A stretch of DNA of 64,000 nt, taken from positions 1 through 64,000 of the forward strand of contig JBDTZG010000021.1 in NCBI GenBank assembly GCA_040005235.1. Direction: 5' to 3'. Shown one piece after another: positions 30,753 through 40,404 of the stretch (the stretch's first letter is position 1; every line of letters begins with the position of its first letter). The notes below the pieces were generated by a model. That model saw only the letters and a program-made list of their open reading frames with translations. It was not told the DNA's origin and made no database searches. The translations under genes were made by a program, and so were the position numbers. The DNA comes from Acidobacteriota bacterium. GTDB lineage: Bacteria; Acidobacteriota; Thermoanaerobaculia; Multivoradales; UBA5704.

Positions 30753-31606
30753 TGACGGCGCCAACCCCCAAGGCTTCGGGCATCCACCCTCAGGCGATCG
30801 TCGATCCTTCCGCCAAGCTCGCGGACAGCGTGATCGTCGGGCCGTTCGCGGTGATCGGTCCGGAGGTCGAGATCGGCGAAGGAACCGAAATCGGCGCGAG
30901 CGCCCAGGTCTACGGCCCCACCAAGATCGGCCGCGAGAACAAGATCTATCCGCATGCCGCGATCGGCTTCGATCCGCAGGATCTGTCGTTCAAAGGCGAG
31001 ACGGTGTCGCTCCAGATGGGCGATCGCAACGTGGTGCGTGAGTTTTCGACGATCCACCGCGGCACCACCAAAGGGGGCGGCCTCACCCGGGTGGGCAGCG
31101 ACAACCTGTTCATGGCCTACACCCACATCGCCCACGACTGCACGGTTGGCGACCGGACGATCTTCGCCAACAACGCGACTCTCGCCGGCCACGTCGAGGT
31201 CCATGACGACGCGACGATCAGCGCGTTTTCCGCGGTACACCAGTTCTGCCGGGTCGGGCGCCATGCCTACATCGGCGGCTTCTCCGTGATCGTGATGGAC
31301 GCCCTGCCGTTCGCCAAGAGCGTCGGCCAGAAGCCGGCTTTTTACGGCTTGAACGCGATCGGCCTGCGGCGCAAAGGCTTCGACCGCGAGGCGATCAAAA
31401 ACCTCGACCGGGCGATGAAAATCCTGGTCGAATCGAAGCTGAACACGACCCAGGCGCTGGTGCGGCTGCGCGCCGAGCTGGCCGGCGACCCGAACGTCGA
31501 CTACCTGATCGATTACGTCGAGACCGCGAAACGCGGCTATTACCGGAGCCTGCCCGGCCGCCGGTCGGGCCGCGGAGGGGGGACTTCTGAATCCGCAACG
31601 GAGTAG
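30752..31606 (+). CDS. lpxA: UDP-N-acetylglucosamine acyltransferase
   Basis: IG.DPQDL.FKGE, IHRGT, HIAHDC, LAGHV, HQF. Confidence 0.96.
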   Translation: MTAPTPKASGIHPQAIVDPSAKLADSVIVGPFAVIGPEVEIGEGTEIGASAQVYGPTKIGRENKIYPHAAIGFDPQDLSFKGETVSLQMGDRNVVREFSTIHRGTTKGGGLTRVGSDNLFMAYTHIAHDCTVGDRTIFANNATLAGHVEVHDDATISAFSAVHQFCRVGRHAYIGGFSVIVMDALPFAKSVGQKPAFYGLNAIGLRRKGFDREAIKNLDRAMKILVESKLNTTQALVRLRAELAGDPNVDYLIDYVETAKRGYYRSLPGRRSGRGGGTSESATE

Positions 31607-32561
31607 CGCCCTCTCTGGGTCAGCCGCGCCCCGACTGAAGATTGGCGTAGTCGGCACCGGCTCGCTCGGCCGGCACCACGTGCGTATTCTGGCCTCGTTG
31701 CCGGGTGTGGAGCTGGTGGGGATCGTCGACAGCCGCTCCGAGGTGGCCGAAGCGCTCGCCGCCGAGCATGGCACGGTGGTTCTGCCGTCGATCGAGGCGC
31801 TCGCGGATCTTGCGGAAGCGGCGGTGGTGGCGGTACCCACCGTGGCGCATGCCGAGATCGGCTGCTTCCTCGCCCGACGCGGGCTGCATTTGATGGTCGA
31901 AAAGCCGATCGCCGGCTCGCTCGCCGAAGCCGACGAGCTGATCGCGGCGGCGGAGGCTGCGGGAAAAGTCCTCGCGGTCGGCCATGTCGAATTCCACAAT
32001 CCGGCGGTGCAAGCTCTCTCCGGCATCGGCGTGCCGCCGCGCTTCGTCGAAATCGAACGGCTGGGAGTCTTTTCGCCGCGCAGCTTGGACGTCGACGTAG
32101 TGCTCGACCTGATGATTCATGATCTTCAGATCCTCCACTCTCTCGACCCCTCCCCGGTGGCCGAAGTCCGGGCGACGGGAATCTCGGTGCTCTCGCCGAA
32201 GATCGACATCGCGAACGCCCGGATCGAGCTTAAGTCCGGATGCGTCGCGAACCTGACCGCCTCGCGCGTCTCGGCGGAGCGGGCGCGGAAGCTGCGTGCC
32301 TTCCTTCCCAGCCGCTATTACTCGCTCGATTACCAGGCGCAGGAGATCAAAGGCTACCGCCTGATCGACGAGGGCGGCAAGCGGCGCATCCAGAAAGATG
32401 ATCTGCCGGTCGAGAAGGCCGAGCCGCTCAAATGCGAGCTGCAGGCGTTCGTCGCCGACTGCGCAGGCCACTCAGGCGACAGCCCGGCCCGCTCGGTCTC
32501 GGGCCGCCAGGGGCGCCGGGCGCTCGAATCGGCGCTCGCGGTGGTGGCGGCGATCGGCTGA
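31587..32561 (+). CDS. Gfo/Idh/MocA oxidoreductase, GnnA-like
   Basis: GVVGTGSLG..H lies upstream of the track's start, so the ORF extends to CTG 31587 after GGAGG; EKP, DVV.DLMIHD, ASRVS motifs. Confidence 0.85.
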   Translation: MNPQRSSALSGSAAPRLKIGVVGTGSLGRHHVRILASLPGVELVGIVDSRSEVAEALAAEHGTVVLPSIEALADLAEAAVVAVPTVAHAEIGCFLARRGLHLMVEKPIAGSLAEADELIAAAEAAGKVLAVGHVEFHNPAVQALSGIGVPPRFVEIERLGVFSPRSLDVDVVLDLMIHDLQILHSLDPSPVAEVRATGISVLSPKIDIANARIELKSGCVANLTASRVSAERARKLRAFLPSRYYSLDYQAQEIKGYRLIDEGGKRRIQKDDLPVEKAEPLKCELQAFVADCAGHSGDSPARSVSGRQGRRALESALAVVAAIG

Positions 32562-32663
32562 CCCATGGGCGCACTGCCGTAACTTTATTTCACTCCCCGC
32601 GTACAATTCGCAGCGCCGGATCGTATGGGCGGCGCCCTTCCCCACTTTCCCGATAGGTGACCC

Positions 32664-33902
32664 GTGAAGAAGAAACTGATCTGGGCGTTCGTGATCCTGG
32701 TGGTGGTAGCGGTCGTTGCGGGCATCGCGATCAAGAATAAGGGGCCGAAGCCGACCGAAGTGCAGGTCGCAAAGGTCGGCCGCGAAGATCTACAGGCCAA
32801 AGTGAGCGCCAACGGCAAGATCCAGGCGCAGAAGAAAGTCGACGTCTCGGCGACCGTCGCCGGCCAGATCACCCATATTGCGGTCGAAGAGGGCGACTCG
32901 GTCAAGAAGGGCCAGTTGCTCGCCCAGATCGACCCGGTTTCGACGCGCGCCCAGGTGCGCGGCAGCGAAGCCTCGATCGATGCGCTACGGCGCGACGTCG
33001 ATTCGGCGCGCGCGAGCGTCGCGCAGGCGCAGGCCGATTTCCGCCGTTCCGAGGCCAATTTCAAGGCCGGTATCGTCCCTGCCGCCGACATGGAGCGGAC
33101 CAAGACGGTGGTCGCGACGGCCGAGGCGACGGTCAAGGCCGCGGAGCGCCGGGTGGTCCAGGCGAGCGCCGGCCTCGAAGGGACGCGCGACCTGCTGGCG
33201 AAGACGACCATTCGCTCGACCATGGACGGCATCGTCACCGCCCGGCGCGTGGAAGAGGGTGAGGTCGCGGTGGTCGGCATCCAGAACAGCCCGGGGACGG
33301 TGCTATTCCAGATCTCCGACATGTCGGTGGTCGAGGCCGAGCTGGAGGTCGACGAAACCTCGATCCCCAACGTCGTGCTCGGCCAGGAGGCGCGCGTCCG
33401 GCTCGACGCCTATCCGAACAAAACCTTCCGCGGCACGGTGACCGAGGTCGGGTCGAGCCCGATCCTCTCGGGTTCCAACCTGGCGATCAAGTTCAGGGTC
33501 AAAGTCCGCCTCGACGAGCCGCCGAAGGGGATCAAGCCCGGCCTTTCGGCCCGCGCCGACATCCTCACCGGTTTCCGCGGCGATGCCCTGGTGGTGCCGC
33601 TCCAGGCGCTGGTGGTGCGCGAGATCGAACGCAAGCCGGGCGTCAAGGCCGATCCGAACGCACCGCGCGACCAGGAGGGGGTCTACCTGATGGAGAACGG
33701 CAAGACCCGCTTCCAGCCGATCACCACCGGCATGATCGGCGAGCTGTCGATCGAGGTCGTTTCCGGGCTCAAAGGGGGCGAGACGCTGATTACCGGACCG
33801 TTCAAGGCGCTGCGCGAGCTCGAACCCGGAGGGGCCGTGAAAGTCGAGGACCCGAAGAAGAAAAAGCTGGGCGAGGGCTCAGTCGGGAACGGCAAAGGCT
33901 AG
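32664..33902 (+). CDS. efflux membrane-fusion (MacA/HlyD-like) adaptor
   Basis: N-terminal TM, lipoyl halves, coiled hairpin, VDE, PG.SA. Confidence 0.9.
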   Translation: MKKKLIWAFVILVVVAVVAGIAIKNKGPKPTEVQVAKVGREDLQAKVSANGKIQAQKKVDVSATVAGQITHIAVEEGDSVKKGQLLAQIDPVSTRAQVRGSEASIDALRRDVDSARASVAQAQADFRRSEANFKAGIVPAADMERTKTVVATAEATVKAAERRVVQASAGLEGTRDLLAKTTIRSTMDGIVTARRVEEGEVAVVGIQNSPGTVLFQISDMSVVEAELEVDETSIPNVVLGQEARVRLDAYPNKTFRGTVTEVGSSPILSGSNLAIKFRVKVRLDEPPKGIKPGLSARADILTGFRGDALVVPLQALVVREIERKPGVKADPNAPRDQEGVYLMENGKTRFQPITTGMIGELSIEVVSGLKGGETLITGPFKALRELEPGGAVKVEDPKKKKLGEGSVGNGKG

Positions 33903-33915
33903 AGGGCGAAAAAGA

Positions 33916-35136
33916 ATGAGCCTTTCCGAGCTGCTCGCCGAAGCGTTCGCCGCGATGCGCAGAAACAAGCTGCGCAGCTTTCTCACGTTGCTCGGCATCG
34001 TGATCGGGGTGGCGACGCTCGTGGGCGTGGTCTCGGTGATCTCCGGCCTCAACGCCTACGTCCGCGACAAGTTGTTCGCCCTGTCGCCGGACGTCTACAT
34101 CGTCACCAAATTCGGCATCATCCAGGGGCACGACGAGTTCCTCGAAGCGCTCAAGCGGCCGGACATCACCCAGGATGATTTCGATCGCCTCAAGAGCGTG
34201 CTCAATCGGGCCGAGCGGATCGGCGCATCGATCGAAACCCGCGCGCCGGTCACGTTCGGCAGCCTGCGCCTGGGCAACGCGCGGATCGATGGCACCAGCG
34301 CCACCTATTCCGATCTGATCAACTTGGACCTCGCTGCCGGCCGGTTCTTCCTGGACAGCGAGGCGCGCGCCGCGCAGCAGGTGGCGGTGATCGGCTGGGA
34401 CGTCAAAGACGAATTGTTCCCGCATCTCGATCCGATCGGCCGGACCATCGCGATCGGCGGACTGCCGTTCCGAGTGATCGGCCTGATCGCCCAGCAGGGA
34501 AAGACCCTCGGTCAGAGCCGGGACAATTACGTCTACGTGCCGATCGACGCCTATCGCCAGATGTTCGGTTCGCGCGATTCGCTCGACATCTTCATCAAGG
34601 CCAGCGGCGGGGTGGCAGGGGTAGACGACTCGGCCGACGAGGCGCGCTCGGTGCTTCGCGCGCTGCGCCATACCGATTTTCGAGCCGGCGATCCCTTCGG
34701 CATCGTCACTGCCGAAGCGCTCCAGGACATCTGGAAGCAGGTTTCGGCGGCGGCTTTCCTGCTCATGATCCTGATCGCCTCGGTCTCGCTCGGCGTTGGC
34801 GGCATCGTGATCACCAACATCATGCTCGTCGCGGTGGCGGAGCGGACCCAGGAGATCGGCCTTCGCCGCGCGCTCGGCGCCCGCCAGGCGGACGTTCGCC
34901 GCCAGTTCCTGCTCGAAGCGGCGCTGCTCGCTCTGGTCGGCGGAGTGATCGGCGTCGCCGGAGGCGGCCTGATCGCGCTAGGAGTCGATCGGATCGCCCA
35001 TTTCCCGGCGCAGCTCACCCCCCCGATCGTCGCCGCCGGGCTCGCGCTGTCGGTGGTCGTCGGGGTGACGGCCGGCTACTGGCCGGCGGTCTCGGCTTCG
35101 CGCCTCGAAGTGGTCGACGCGCTGCGTTCGGAATGA
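33916..35136 (+). CDS. MacB/FtsX-like ABC permease
   Basis: NKLRSFLTLLGIVIG; VGGI...NIMLV.V.ERT.EIG. Confidence 0.92.
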   Translation: MSLSELLAEAFAAMRRNKLRSFLTLLGIVIGVATLVGVVSVISGLNAYVRDKLFALSPDVYIVTKFGIIQGHDEFLEALKRPDITQDDFDRLKSVLNRAERIGASIETRAPVTFGSLRLGNARIDGTSATYSDLINLDLAAGRFFLDSEARAAQQVAVIGWDVKDELFPHLDPIGRTIAIGGLPFRVIGLIAQQGKTLGQSRDNYVYVPIDAYRQMFGSRDSLDIFIKASGGVAGVDDSADEARSVLRALRHTDFRAGDPFGIVTAEALQDIWKQVSAAAFLLMILIASVSLGVGGIVITNIMLVAVAERTQEIGLRRALGARQADVRRQFLLEAALLALVGGVIGVAGGGLIALGVDRIAHFPAQLTPPIVAAGLALSVVVGVTAGYWPAVSASRLEVVDALRSE

Positions 35137-35151
35137 GGACCTAGTCTCGCC

Positions 35152-36441
35152 ATGGCAATCTCTCCGACCTCCAAGCCGCCGGTACCGCGATTCCGGCTCT
35201 CGTGGACCGAAAACGTCCGCTTCGCTCTAAATGCCATGAAGGCGCAGAAGCTGCGCACCTTTCTCACGCTCCTTGGGGTCGTCGCCGGAGTCGCCACGGT
35301 GATCATGATGGTCTCGTTCGTAGTCGGCTTTGACCGCTCGATCACCGCGGCGTTTACCAGTTTCGGCACCCATCTGGTCCAATTTCAGAAATGGGAGAAC
35401 CGCTTCGGCGACGACTCCGACATGCCGGAAGAGGAGCGCCACCGGAAGAACCTGGAGATCGACGACGCCAAGGCGCTCAAGCGGCTCGCGCCGCTTGCCG
35501 CCGCGGTCTCTCCCGAACGCTATTACTTTCAGCCTCTCGAAGTGGGGTCCGGGCGAAGGCAGGCGAACAATCCGATCGTGGTCGGCGTGACCCCGGATTA
35601 CCTCACGGCGAACTCCTCGGTGATTGGAGACGGCCGATTCTTCACCGATGCCGACGTGCGCCACGCCGCGCGGCTCGCGGTCGTGGCCCCCGACGTCGTC
35701 GAAGCGCTGTTTCCCCAGCAGGACCCGATCGGCCGGACGATCCGGATCTCCGCCTGGAGCTACCAGGTGATCGGCGTACTGGAGAAGAAGGGCGCGTTCC
35801 TAGGCGGCGGCGCCAACAATTTGATCCTGATCCCGATCGCCGCGTTCGACGAGATGCTGCCGGACGTGAAGAACGGCGAGGGCGACACCCTCCACATCGC
35901 GACCGTGCCGCGCCGGCCGGAGGACGTGGACGCCCTGGTCGAGCAGGAAACGGCGATCCTGCGCGCCCGGCGCCAACTGCGCCCCAATCAGCCGAACGAT
36001 TTCGCGGTCTTTACCAGCGTCGGCCAGCTCAAGAACTTTCAGCAGATCACCGGCGGCATCGCCGCGGTGATGATCCTGATCGCCGCGATCGCCCTGGTCG
36101 TAGGGGGCGTGGGCGTGATGAACATCATGCTGGTGAACGTCACCCAAAGAACGCGCGAAATCGGATTGAGAAAAGCCCTCGGCGGCACCCGCCGCGACAT
36201 CGCGATCCAATTCCTTTCCGAAGCGATCACGCTCACCGGCATCGGAGGAGCGATCGGCATCGCGATCGGCCTGGGGGTGGCGCTACTCGCCCGAGTCGTC
36301 TTCGACTTCCAAGCCGCGGCGCCCCTCTGGTCGGTCTTTCTAGGCTTCGGAGTCTCGACCACAGTAGGCCTCGTCGCCGGCCTCTGGCCGGCGCTCAAGG
36401 CGGCGCGCCAGGATCCGATCGAGGCGTTGCGGTACGAGTAA
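35152..36441 (+). CDS. MacB/FtsX-like ABC permease
   Basis: KLRTFLTLLG; VGGVGVMNIMLV.V..RTREIG; DPIEALRYE. Confidence 0.92.
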   Translation: MAISPTSKPPVPRFRLSWTENVRFALNAMKAQKLRTFLTLLGVVAGVATVIMMVSFVVGFDRSITAAFTSFGTHLVQFQKWENRFGDDSDMPEEERHRKNLEIDDAKALKRLAPLAAAVSPERYYFQPLEVGSGRRQANNPIVVGVTPDYLTANSSVIGDGRFFTDADVRHAARLAVVAPDVVEALFPQQDPIGRTIRISAWSYQVIGVLEKKGAFLGGGANNLILIPIAAFDEMLPDVKNGEGDTLHIATVPRRPEDVDALVEQETAILRARRQLRPNQPNDFAVFTSVGQLKNFQQITGGIAAVMILIAAIALVVGGVGVMNIMLVNVTQRTREIGLRKALGGTRRDIAIQFLSEAITLTGIGGAIGIAIGLGVALLARVVFDFQAAAPLWSVFLGFGVSTTVGLVAGLWPALKAARQDPIEALRYE

Positions 36442-36452
36442 GGGCGCTTTTC

Positions 36453-36549
36453 CTGGGCGCGCCAGGCTCCAGCCTGGCTTTTTTCGCTGCGAGGCAGAGA
36501 CTCGGTGGATCGAGTCCAAAAGCGCCACGCTGGAGCGTGGCGAGCCCGG
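36453..36549. repeat. inverted REP-like pair (REPIN-like) between convergent genes
   Basis: ctgggcgcgccaggctccagcctggc (36453-36478) and the imperfect reverse complement gccacgctggagcgtggcgagcccgg (36524-36549); internal hairpin at 36499-36516. Confidence 0.65.
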
Positions 36550-36561
36550 GAAGCTCTTCGA

Positions 36562-38361
36562 TCAGCGTTTGGCGCCGAGCGTCGCGTTGCCCTCCATCAC
36601 CCGAAACACCGGCATCAATCCAATCGTCTCGTCCCAGTAGGGCGTCCGGCGATACCACCAGGTATACCGGGCCTGCGGGTCGTTCGCGAGCTTCTCGTCG
36701 CGGAGGGCTGCTTCCCACTCTTTGGCGATCTGTGGATCTTTCAGGCGTTTCCGGATCATCGGTTCGAGCACTTTAGGGTCGATGTATTCCTTCCCTTCAA
36801 AGAGGGTCGAGAGCAGGCCCCAGGAGAGCAGCGAATCTGGGGCGTCGGGCTCCAGGAGCTGGGCGGCGACTTCGAAGTCGGGTTGATCGGCGGGGACCCA
36901 GAGCGCTCCGGCCGGGATTTTTCGGGTCTCTCGGCGGCGCTCGACTTTGATCTCCGTCACGCTGGTCAGCCCCTGATACGTGGATTCGGCGTATTTTGCT
37001 TCGGACAGGCGCGCCACTTCGACCTCGATTTCGAGCGGCGCGGCGACGCGAGAAAAACGTAGGCCCTGCGCCGCGAGGCGCTCTTCGATCTGCGGCCAGC
37101 CGGGCATCACGACGTAGGCGCGCGGACGAGGCACCGAGAGGGTGGATTTCGAGCCGTGAACCCAGGGCACCTCGATCGTCTCCGTTCGAGCTCGATCGAA
37201 CAGCGTCACCGGTTTACCCGTGACGACCGACGCTTCGGAGTGCGAGGCATAGACCGGCCAGCGGTAATGATCGCCCGTGTCGCTCTCTGCCCAATGCAGG
37301 GCGATCTCGGACGGCGGCGCGCCGGGGCGGCCGATCTCGATCTCGTGCGCTTCGGCCGCCGCGACCGCGTCGATCAAGCCGCGCGGATCTTTGTTCACCT
37401 CCGCGAGCAGTCCGGCGAGGAATGCGCGGACCGAAAGCACCCGGTCGCGATACGGCTTGTAGGAGTGGGTTTCGATCAAAATCGAAGGGCGGTTGCGCAG
37501 CGCGAAGTAGCCGGTGGAATACCGGGCGCCGCCGACCCAGGAGGTGAAGCCCTTGGTAACGTCGGTCCGATCGAGCAGATCGACGTACGGCCCGGCGGGA
37601 TATCCCGCGCTCTCTACCGAGGCGACAGCGGCCGGAACGTGCGCCTTCATCCAGGCATCGACGGGGGCCGGCAGCTGAGGCGCTTCGACCGCCGTCCAGG
37701 TGAACACCGCCGGCATGTCGACCCCGTCGGTGACGTGGATGTCGACGTGAAGGTGCGGCCGCCAGGTATTGACCAGGGCGACCAGGGCGCGCGCTTCGGG
37801 GCTCGCGAGCTTTACGTGGTCGCGGTTCAAATCGAACCCCTGTGCTGTGCTGCGGAAGCCCATGCCGTCGACCGGTCCGTTCTGGTTCGGCCGGTTGTAG
37901 GGAGAGATCCGCTCGTGGCCGTCGGCGTTGTAGATCGGCAGGAACAGGAAGGTGGCACCTTCCATCAGCTCGCGATTCTTTCCCGCTGCCCAGTCGGCGA
38001 GCAGCAGCATCGTCGCGTCCTTGCCGTCGATCTCTCCGGCGTGAATGCCGCTCTGGATTAAGAGGATGGGCCGGGTCGGCTTCTCGCCGGGCTGCGGCGG
38101 ATCGAACTTTCGATCCTTGGCCACGATCACCAGCGGAAGCTCGCGGCCGGCCGCCGAATGGCCGAACGTGGTGACCTTCATTTCGGGGAAGTGCGCGGCG
38201 AGTTGATGCAGCCAGGCGATCGTCTCGTCGAACGTCGGCGTGCGCCGGAAATCCGACGCTTCGATCGGGGTCGCCGCGCGGTCTGAGGCGGCAGCCGGCA
38301 CGGCGGGGAAAATCGCTGCGAGAAGCGTTGCGACGAGGGTCGAGCGGAGGTCGTGTCTCAT
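36562..38361 (-). CDS. M14-family zinc carboxypeptidase
   Basis: Signal peptide; GIHAGE, N.DG, DLNRD, DIH. Confidence 0.9.
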   Translation of the reverse strand: MRHDLRSTLVATLLAAIFPAVPAAASDRAATPIEASDFRRTPTFDETIAWLHQLAAHFPEMKVTTFGHSAAGRELPLVIVAKDRKFDPPQPGEKPTRPILLIQSGIHAGEIDGKDATMLLLADWAAGKNRELMEGATFLFLPIYNADGHERISPYNRPNQNGPVDGMGFRSTAQGFDLNRDHVKLASPEARALVALVNTWRPHLHVDIHVTDGVDMPAVFTWTAVEAPQLPAPVDAWMKAHVPAAVASVESAGYPAGPYVDLLDRTDVTKGFTSWVGGARYSTGYFALRNRPSILIETHSYKPYRDRVLSVRAFLAGLLAEVNKDPRGLIDAVAAAEAHEIEIGRPGAPPSEIALHWAESDTGDHYRWPVYASHSEASVVTGKPVTLFDRARTETIEVPWVHGSKSTLSVPRPRAYVVMPGWPQIEERLAAQGLRFSRVAAPLEIEVEVARLSEAKYAESTYQGLTSVTEIKVERRRETRKIPAGALWVPADQPDFEVAAQLLEPDAPDSLLSWGLLSTLFEGKEYIDPKVLEPMIRKRLKDPQIAKEWEAALRDEKLANDPQARYTWWYRRTPYWDETIGLMPVFRVMEGNATLGAKR

Positions 38362-38403
38362 AGGGGCCGATGCTAGCAGGTGCCCTCTTCTATACTGGCC
38401 GCC

Positions 38404-40401
38404 ATGACCTCCCCTCCGGAGTCTTTCCTTCGCCGGCTGGCCGCCCGGCTTCGGCCGCGCTTGCTCGCCCGGACTCTCCTCGCTCTGGGCGCGGTGGGCC
38501 TTCTGCCGCTCGGCATCGTCTCGTTCGGTCTTGCGGATCTGAACCGCGGGGCGATCGAAGATCAGGTGCTGCGCACCCACGCGCTCGCCGCCAACACGGC
38601 CGCGGAACGGGTGGCCTCGTTCCTGGCGGTCCGCCGATCGCTCGCCGAAGGGATGGCCGGAAACCCTGCTTTGGCCGAGCCGACCTCCCCCGAAGCGCAG
38701 GACCTGTTGCGCCAGAATCTCGGCGCTTGGGCGGACCTCGGGGTGCTGGCGATCGCGATCGTCGACCGCGAAGGGCGCGAGGGCTTGAGGGCGCAGATCA
38801 AGGGGGCCGACCGGGTACGGATCGATCGGGCGCTCGCGGCGGGAGGCGCCGGGGCCGCGGGAGGAACGGGGGCGAGGGAGCCGATTCCGGTGATGAGCCC
38901 GCCCGGTGATTTGAGGGGGCTCACCGTGGTGCTGACCGCGCCGCTGCCCGGAGCGGTGGGCGCCGAGGGGCTCTCGGTTGGCGCCGTCCGGCTGGTCTGC
39001 GACGGGGAAGCGCTGGTCGACATCGCGCAGCCCAACGAAATCGGCGAAGAGGCCGATCTGTTGATCATCGATCGGGCGCGGCAGCCGATCGTCGCCTCCG
39101 GCACGCCGCTCGCGGGGTTTCCGGAAGAGCTGGTCAGGAATGCCACCTCTGGCAAGCTCGGTGGCGCCCGTCGTTTCCGCGACGCTTCGGGCGAGACGAT
39201 TCTCGGAGCCTACGCGCCCGTGCCGCGTTCGAGCTGGTCGGTCCTGTCGCGGCAGCCGGCGCGCGTGGCCGACGCGGTGGCGAATCGCCTGCGCCGTCGC
39301 GCTTTCCTTGCGATCGGTGCCGCCCTGGCGTTGATCGCGGCGCTCGGCGGCTTGGCGTACTGGACCGTCATCAAACCGCTGCGCGATCTGGTCCGCGCGC
39401 AGCGACGACTCGCGCGGGGGGGAGCCTTACGAAGCGGCGACGAGATCGCCGATCTCAAAAATGCGTTTTCGCTGCTCGAAAGAAGCGTTTCGGACCGCGA
39501 AGCGCTGGCCCAGATCTTCCTCGGCCGCTACCAGGTGATCGAGCTGCTCGGTTCGGGCGCTATGGGCTCGGTGTTCCGCGGCTGGGACCCCCGGCTCGAA
39601 CGGGCGGTGGCGCTCAAGACCGTGCGCCTGGGCGACCTGCCCAGCTCGGAGTCGCGCTCCAAACAACTGCAGACCTTGCGGCGCGAGGCGATCACCGTCG
39701 CGCGCCTGAACCATCCGAACATCGTCGCGGTTTACGACGTAGAGGACGCGGTCGAGGCGGCGTTCATCGCGATGGAGCTGGTCGACGGCGCGAGCCTCGA
39801 AAGCCTGTTCTGGAACCGTGGCAAGCTCACGGCCGAAGAGGTGATTCCGCTCGGCGCGGCGATCGCCAGGGGGCTCGCGGCGGCGCACGAACGGGAGATC
39901 CTTCATCGCGACGTCAAGCCGGCGAACCTGCTGCTCGGCCGCGATGGGGCGATCAAGATCACCGATTTCGGAATTTCCGAGCTGGCCTCGGTCTCCGAGC
40001 GCGGCGGGGCTTCGATCTTCGGCACGCCCGGCTACATTCCGCCCGAGACGCTGCGCGGTGAAGGGTATGGCCCGAAGGGGGATCTGTTCGCCTTGGGCGT
40101 CGTGCTCTACCACGCCCTCGTGGGTAAGCGGCCGTTCGCCGGAGGGACGGTGAGAGACGTGGTGCGGGCGACCCTCACCGATCAGCCCGTGCCGCCGAGC
40201 CAGCGGGTGCAGGGCCTGCCGGAGCCGCTCGACGCCCTGGTGCTCTCCCTGCTCGCCCGCGATCTGGACGGTCGGCCGGAAAGCGCCGCAGCGGTTGCCG
40301 CGACGCTCGAAAGTCTGGCCGCCGAGCTGCGCCTACGGTGGCGCTGGCGGCCGGAATACGAATCGACCCAGACGCAGGAGATCGTCAAGCTGGCGGCCTA
40401 A
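38404..40401 (+). CDS. membrane Ser/Thr protein kinase with a Cache-like sensor and HAMP-like linker
   Basis: Two TM segments; LGSGAMG.V, VALK, HRDVKPAN, DFG, GTPGY.PPE. Confidence 0.9.
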   Translation: MTSPPESFLRRLAARLRPRLLARTLLALGAVGLLPLGIVSFGLADLNRGAIEDQVLRTHALAANTAAERVASFLAVRRSLAEGMAGNPALAEPTSPEAQDLLRQNLGAWADLGVLAIAIVDREGREGLRAQIKGADRVRIDRALAAGGAGAAGGTGAREPIPVMSPPGDLRGLTVVLTAPLPGAVGAEGLSVGAVRLVCDGEALVDIAQPNEIGEEADLLIIDRARQPIVASGTPLAGFPEELVRNATSGKLGGARRFRDASGETILGAYAPVPRSSWSVLSRQPARVADAVANRLRRRAFLAIGAALALIAALGGLAYWTVIKPLRDLVRAQRRLARGGALRSGDEIADLKNAFSLLERSVSDREALAQIFLGRYQVIELLGSGAMGSVFRGWDPRLERAVALKTVRLGDLPSSESRSKQLQTLRREAITVARLNHPNIVAVYDVEDAVEAAFIAMELVDGASLESLFWNRGKLTAEEVIPLGAAIARGLAAAHEREILHRDVKPANLLLGRDGAIKITDFGISELASVSERGGASIFGTPGYIPPETLRGEGYGPKGDLFALGVVLYHALVGKRPFAGGTVRDVVRATLTDQPVPPSQRVQGLPEPLDALVLSLLARDLDGRPESAAAVAATLESLAAELRLRWRWRPEYESTQTQEIVKLAA

Positions 40402-40404
40402 GCC

